Made by a program: the position numbers and the translations under genes | Part shown: one piece after another, positions 59,147 through 64,000 of the stretch | Layout: the number at the start of each line of letters is the position of its first letter | Numbering within the stretch: position 1 is the stretch's first letter | Source: Piedraia hortae CBS 480.64 | Taxonomy: Eukaryota | Length of the DNA: 64,000 nucleotides | Assembly: GCA_010093745.1 (NCBI GenBank) | Contig: MU005962.1 | Coordinates: 372,001-436,000 of the forward strand | Direction: 5' to 3' | Notes under the pieces: generated by a model | The model's input: the letters and a program-made list of their open reading frames with translations, nothing else | Told to the model about the DNA's origin: nothing | Database searches by the model: none

Positions 59147-60366
59147 ATGGGTACTAGAGTTGAGCCTCCAAGCCCACCTATCCCAGCGCTGAGGGCCAAG
59201 GGGGCTCGTATGCTGGCTTGCGATGGCGGAGGGGTCAAAGGAGTTTCAACCGTCATAATCCTCGATGCCATAATGAATAGAGTGCGTGAAATCGAGCTCT
59301 TGCGAGACCCGTCAGCATCTACTGCGTTACGGAAGCCAGTGGATTATGTAGGTAATTTGAAGTCACTTGGGGAATACTAGAAGCTAAGGGCAAACGGTTC
59401 GATCTAGCTGCCGGTACGAGCACAGGAGGGCTCATCGCGCTCATGCTGTTCCGGTTGCACATGGACACCCGCCAATGTTTGGATATGTATCGGCAGCTCT
59501 CACGAAATATCTTTGCACCGACACTGTTTGGAAGCAAGTTCCTAGGGATGTTTTTTCCAGGGCCATTGCGTTGGATTGCCATGGGCATCAACTTGTTATT
59601 CTACGGTGCCGCGTTCTCCGGTCGACCATTGGAGGAAGCAATTGGGAAAGTGCTAGCAGAGCATTCGCAAGCCGAAGATCCGTGGCGGGACTACCTTGTG
59701 CATCCAAACTCGGGCATGATGTTTGTGTGCGCGACTCTTCAAGATAAGGGAGAGTCCATGCTACTTCGGTCATACGCTCAACCAAAGGATGCCTGCCCCA
59801 TCACAGATGCGGCTAAAGCAGCAAGCGAGTCGGGGGCGGTGTCCCGCATCGACATCATAAGTGCGGCCAGAGCCACGTCAGCCGCACCCATTTACTTACC
59901 GGCGGAGACGTGGCAAGGTATACGCTTCTGGGACGGAGGGGTGTTGAACAACAACCCTGTAGACCAACTCTGGAACGCGAGGTATGATTTGGTTGCCCAG
60001 GGAGAGCCACCCCCTTTGGTAGAATGCATGGTGAGTTTGGGATGCGGATTATCGGATATGCCCCAGAAAAAGTGGTGGTGGTGGCTACGTGTGGCAGAGG
60101 TTGCTTCGCGTTATGTCCAAACTTTTCTGGTCAACTCGATTGCCAGGCATCGCGACTTCGCAAGGCTCGTACAACGCATGCGACACCGCGGTGATTCCTA
60201 TGTAAATGTGCGGTATTTCCGGTTAGATTGCCCAACGGGACCAAAATTCTTGGATATTTCAGATCCAAGCATCATGTCCGATTTGGAAGAACGTACCAGA
60301 GACTATGTAAAAGGAGAGGCGTGGGACGATATTGAGGCCATTTCCCAGATGTTGGCAAAGCCATAG
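59147..60366 (+). CDS. Patatin-like phospholipase (iPLA2-like)
   Basis: LACDGGGVKG, FDLAAGTSTGG (GxSxG), ARATSAAP, FWDGGVLNNNP, SLGCG; one intron near 59348-59397 with an abnormal acceptor. Confidence 0.85.
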
Positions 60367-60796
60367 GTTTGTTGGCAAGCTATTGGTTATAGAGGTATAC
60401 ATGTATGCTTTCCGAACTGCAGTTGTGACACTGGGTCTGATGAATGGACTGGAATTATGCTCACGTCCCTTGGAAAAACTGTCATCCTTATAAATGCGCA
60501 GCCTGGAATATCTGCCACACCATGCACTAATTATCCCTACCGGCTGCAAGTACGTGATGACGGTGTTCTAACAGGACAACGAAAATGCTGGTTTTTCGCA
60601 TCCAAGTTTCCAATTGCAACACCTACCCGTGCGCCAGAGGACAATATAGAACAACACAGAGCACTACGAAGCTGCCGTTGGTAAGATTTTAGCTTTTCAC
60701 AGTTCGCTAGGTCAGGAAGAATGTTGACCAAAGCAGTGTGATGGGAACGCGCTACGCAGGAGACATTATACCGTGATTCATGCAGGAAACGAGTAG

Positions 60797-63700
60797 CTAG
60801 AGAAAGCCAGACTCTGATAACAATCTAAGGCGCAGTCAGTTGTGGTCCCGACAGGACGTGTTAAGAAGCCTACCTTGCAATCTTTTCGTCTTCACGCTCT
60901 CGAGGCTCAACTTGCAACGACCGATTGTACATCTCATGGACACTCCCGGCCGATTGCACGCTGCGGGTAATGAACTCTTGCAGTTCCGGCACCGGTTGCA
61001 GCCCGTACGGCACTTTTTGATACTGCTGAATGTCTTGGATGATCTCGGCTGCTTTGGTCCTTTTGGAAAAATTGATCAGGTTCGTTCTCTTGATGATGGA
61101 CGGGATGCCGTCTTCGATAAAAGTGAGATCTGTCAGGAAAACTCCCAAGAACGGGATGCATGGGGGATTGGCTCGATGAAGAGCTTCACGATACTCGCTA
61201 AAGTTCCGGTGAGCCCCCATGAGCTTGCGCATCGACTCAAGGTTTTGAGTCATTCGGGTACTGACTTGAGCCCACGTCCTATGCAGGCGATGGATTGGCG
61301 CCGATCCGAGAGCTGATATGAGAGACGTTAAGCAGGAAAAGTTGTTCAGCGCCCGGCACTTATCGGAAATCATGATGAAATGCTTAATTACCATCACGCG
61401 TCGCTTCAAGTCTGCTTGCGCCAAAATCGTTTGGGCAACCCAGTTTGTGAGTTGGTTTGAATTGAAGATCAAACTCTTGACATTTTCTGCTGGCTCAGGT
61501 TCGCCTGGGCCAGGCTTCTCCTGCCAAGTCTTGTTCAAGCATTCGGTCACCTTGATCTTGCCATACATTTTTGCCTCGAGTAGTGTCAACTGTCGCGCAA
61601 ACTCCAGTGGATCAATGTCAAGGATTTTAAGCTTCTTCAGATTTTTGGGAAGGATCGGCGGGGGCGCCTGTCCGTTCAGTGTAAGGATCAGCTGCTTGGT
61701 AGACACAGCCTGGCCCCGTAGGCGCTGCTCTATTGCCGTAAGGAGCGGAGCGGCGCCTGGGATGCTTGTAGACTGCATGATGCTATTGACAAAAGTATGC
61801 ATTCGCTGCAGCACCTGCTTGCTTTCATCATCATCAGGCTCCAGCCAGTTGCTTTCCACCCATGACCTAAGGGCATTGACTACTCGAAAGCGGATCAGCT
61901 TTTGCTTTGAATCGGTCCACATCTCCAACTCTGCAGGTGTTAGACCATATGGCGGCTGGATGTTCCACCTTTTGATAAGTACATCAAGCAGCTCAGCACC
62001 CGTCGTGAAGGAGCGGTAAGTTAGCAGAAAAGTGTTGGTGAAGGGCCAGTCCATTTGATTATGCCGTGTCAGGTGCTCTACAAGGCCCATCAAAGTGCCA
62101 CCTCTCACGATTGGCGGGTCAGTCTTTAAGGGGTCGTAGAGGATCTCGTGTTCGTAGTCCAGCCCCAAGAAAGATGGCACCGTTGGCTCACGAGCCGTAG
62201 GTGGAGTCGGAACCTCACCAAAGAAGCGCTTGACTTTTGAATTTTCCCCGTTCCGTTGGATATCAGCGGTTGGATCCGATGGCGCAGCATCGCCCAGAGC
62301 AGGCTGACGAGCAGAAGTAGATTCGCCTCGCCGGTGTCCCGGGGGCTGCGTCCCATGACCGTCGGTCGGCAGAAGACGCTGGCCTACGTCAGACCTTTTG
62401 GTTTCCTCTGCCTGCGACAAGAGCTCGGACAATAGTAAGAGAGAGTTGAAGACCTGCGAGGCTGCTGTCTCGAGCTCTCGACCCACCTCTTGTACGCGTC
62501 GTCGACGTTCCTCCAGTGTGGGATGTCGTACCTGTGCCCACTCATCCGAGAGCGGGGCCGCGAAGGCTTGGCAAGCCATCACCAGATCCAGCGTGGCATC
62601 GTACAGTCTCTGCTTGTGTTCTGAAAACTCGCCTAGCTGTGGCCGGGCAAGACCTGAACTGAGCGGCACAAGGTAAATCAGCTCTGCAGTCGCTAGATAT
62701 GGACGGCAGCTCTCGACCACTTCGCTGCCCGCACGACACAGCGCGTCCCCCATGCGGCGGTGTGCCAGTGGAGACACAAGGGACTGGTGAAGCGCCAGGT
62801 GATCGTCCAATCGCCGCACACTCGACACTATAAGGCGCTTCAGCTCATCCATACGCTCCAGAACCGTGGCATTCAAGGGGGTCTGAGGCTCAATAGGTGC
62901 ATCAGAATCGTCATCAATGAACGAGACAGGAGCTAAAGGATCAGACTGCGTCAGGCCATTGTTTTGCCAGCCGCCGCCTGTGCGTCCATTGGAGACGAAG
63001 CCGGGAGTTAATCGGGGAATCTCCTCCCCACGTTGGCGACGAGCAACCTCGACGAACCCATAGACACCATGCAGCACGCCATCAGCTTCTTGCAGACACT
63101 TTTGGTACGAATCCGGCGGCGGCCAGTCTGTGGCGGCAATGTGCGACGAGAGAACCAGCTTTGAAAAGCGCGACATCATCTCTCGGAAGTGCGGGTAGAG
63201 GGCTTTGTTGGTTGAGATGATGGACGGGTTTCCCGAATGATTGTCTGTTGTGCCAGACCCGGCCGCCAGCAGCAGCCGGAGATGATCGGAAATATCCTCG
63301 GCCTTGCGCACCAGCTCAGAGCGGTCCCCGTCGCTCAGCACGTCACGGTAGCGCTGCACGGCGCGACGCATATCCTCGACCATGACGTTCCAGGTCAGTG
63401 GCACAGGCTGAGCATCGTCGAACAGACGGTGGGAAGGCAGCGGCCTTCCGACACCAGACACCGATACCGAATCGGAGAAGGAACCCATGGTCGTGCCAAT
63501 GGGCAGAATTCCTTGGCGCAGCGACGAGATAGAGGGGGCCAAGCTGGAGTCGGCAAAGTTGTTGCGAGAACGGCCTCGGGGAGACGACGGCGCATCGAAC
63601 GAATTGGTCGGGGATGTGGTGTCGGAAACGTACGACCGGCGATTCTGCAAAAGGCAGGGTCAAAGACGGTCGAGGAACAAAGGAAGGGCCTTACTTACGC

Positions 63701-64000
63701 TTAGCGCCTGAAAGCTGGACGACGCAGCACTGTCGGGTGCTGCCCGATCCAAATCCTTATCGATTTCAGCTTCGCCATTGAGATTCCCGTAGCCCGCGGC
63801 TAGCAGCTCTGGCGGCACGCGGGTGCGATTAGGGGCAGGCATGTTATTGCGGTCCCTGGAGACCGATTCCTGTAGCGAGTTCGGCGTCTCAAGTGGGAGC
63901 TCCATGGTGCTGTGGCCCGTCAGCGTGTTGAAATAGAATAAGCGGCCGTCGGGCGTGGCCTGTGGGATCCAAAAAGCCGCCTCTTCGCTGTCCAGGCTGT
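60797..64000 (-). CDS. CDC25: Ras guanine-nucleotide exchange factor Cdc25 (5' end beyond the window)
   Basis: WW-like PQATPDGRLFYFNTLTG, REM domain (GGTLMGLVEHLT..TFLLTYRSFTT), RasGEF domain (ARQLT, LNNFS, PPCIPFLGVFLTDLTFIEDG, LINFSKR), ends RLLSESGFL*. Introns near 63698-63645 and before the last exon. Confidence 0.93.

Noticed and set aside
1..64000. tRNA, rRNA, CRISPR arrays or a secondary-metabolite cluster
   Set aside because: No cloverleaf, rRNA-like sequence, repeat-spacer array or PKS/NRPS/terpene synthase gene seen by eye; small ncRNAs could be missed without covariance-model searches.

Overview
Gene-dense stretch of a compact filamentous ascomycete (Pezizomycotina) genome; Eurotiomycetes/Chaetothyriales-like is only a guess. 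Introns are short (about 44-60 nt) and several large genes are intronless. About 23 intact-looking genes: GPI12, an ADF-H/PH protein, tigA-type PDI, RRB1, SPG1/TEM1, an NNK1-like kinase, VAC8, MSH4, an ARO80-like Zn2Cys6 factor, phospholipase D, a dienelactone hydrolase, a phosducin-like gene next to G-beta, a C2H2 protein, a Cys-motif hypothetical, cyanase, RPA3, MHR1, VPS38/UVRAG, DUF1308, SRP9/21, an AmdX/Adr1-like factor, DUG3, a patatin and a partial CDC25 RasGEF. Between them are decayed islands (about 0.3-2.8, 12.4-17.4, 47.1-48.4 and 55.7-58.9 kb) with pseudogenes, a solo LTR and a LINE fragment. The top candidate for an unusual system is the kinase locus (17.8-19.9 kb, minus strand): a 259-aa ATG-initiated ORF overlaps the kinase ORF in the +1 frame, ends at GCG-TGA, and no convincing intron joins them. 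This suggests programmed frameshifting, a bicistronic or uORF arrangement, or regulated splicing. Three GC-AG introns and a convergent gene pair with overlapping stop codons are also notable. All calls come from reading the sequence; no searches were run.
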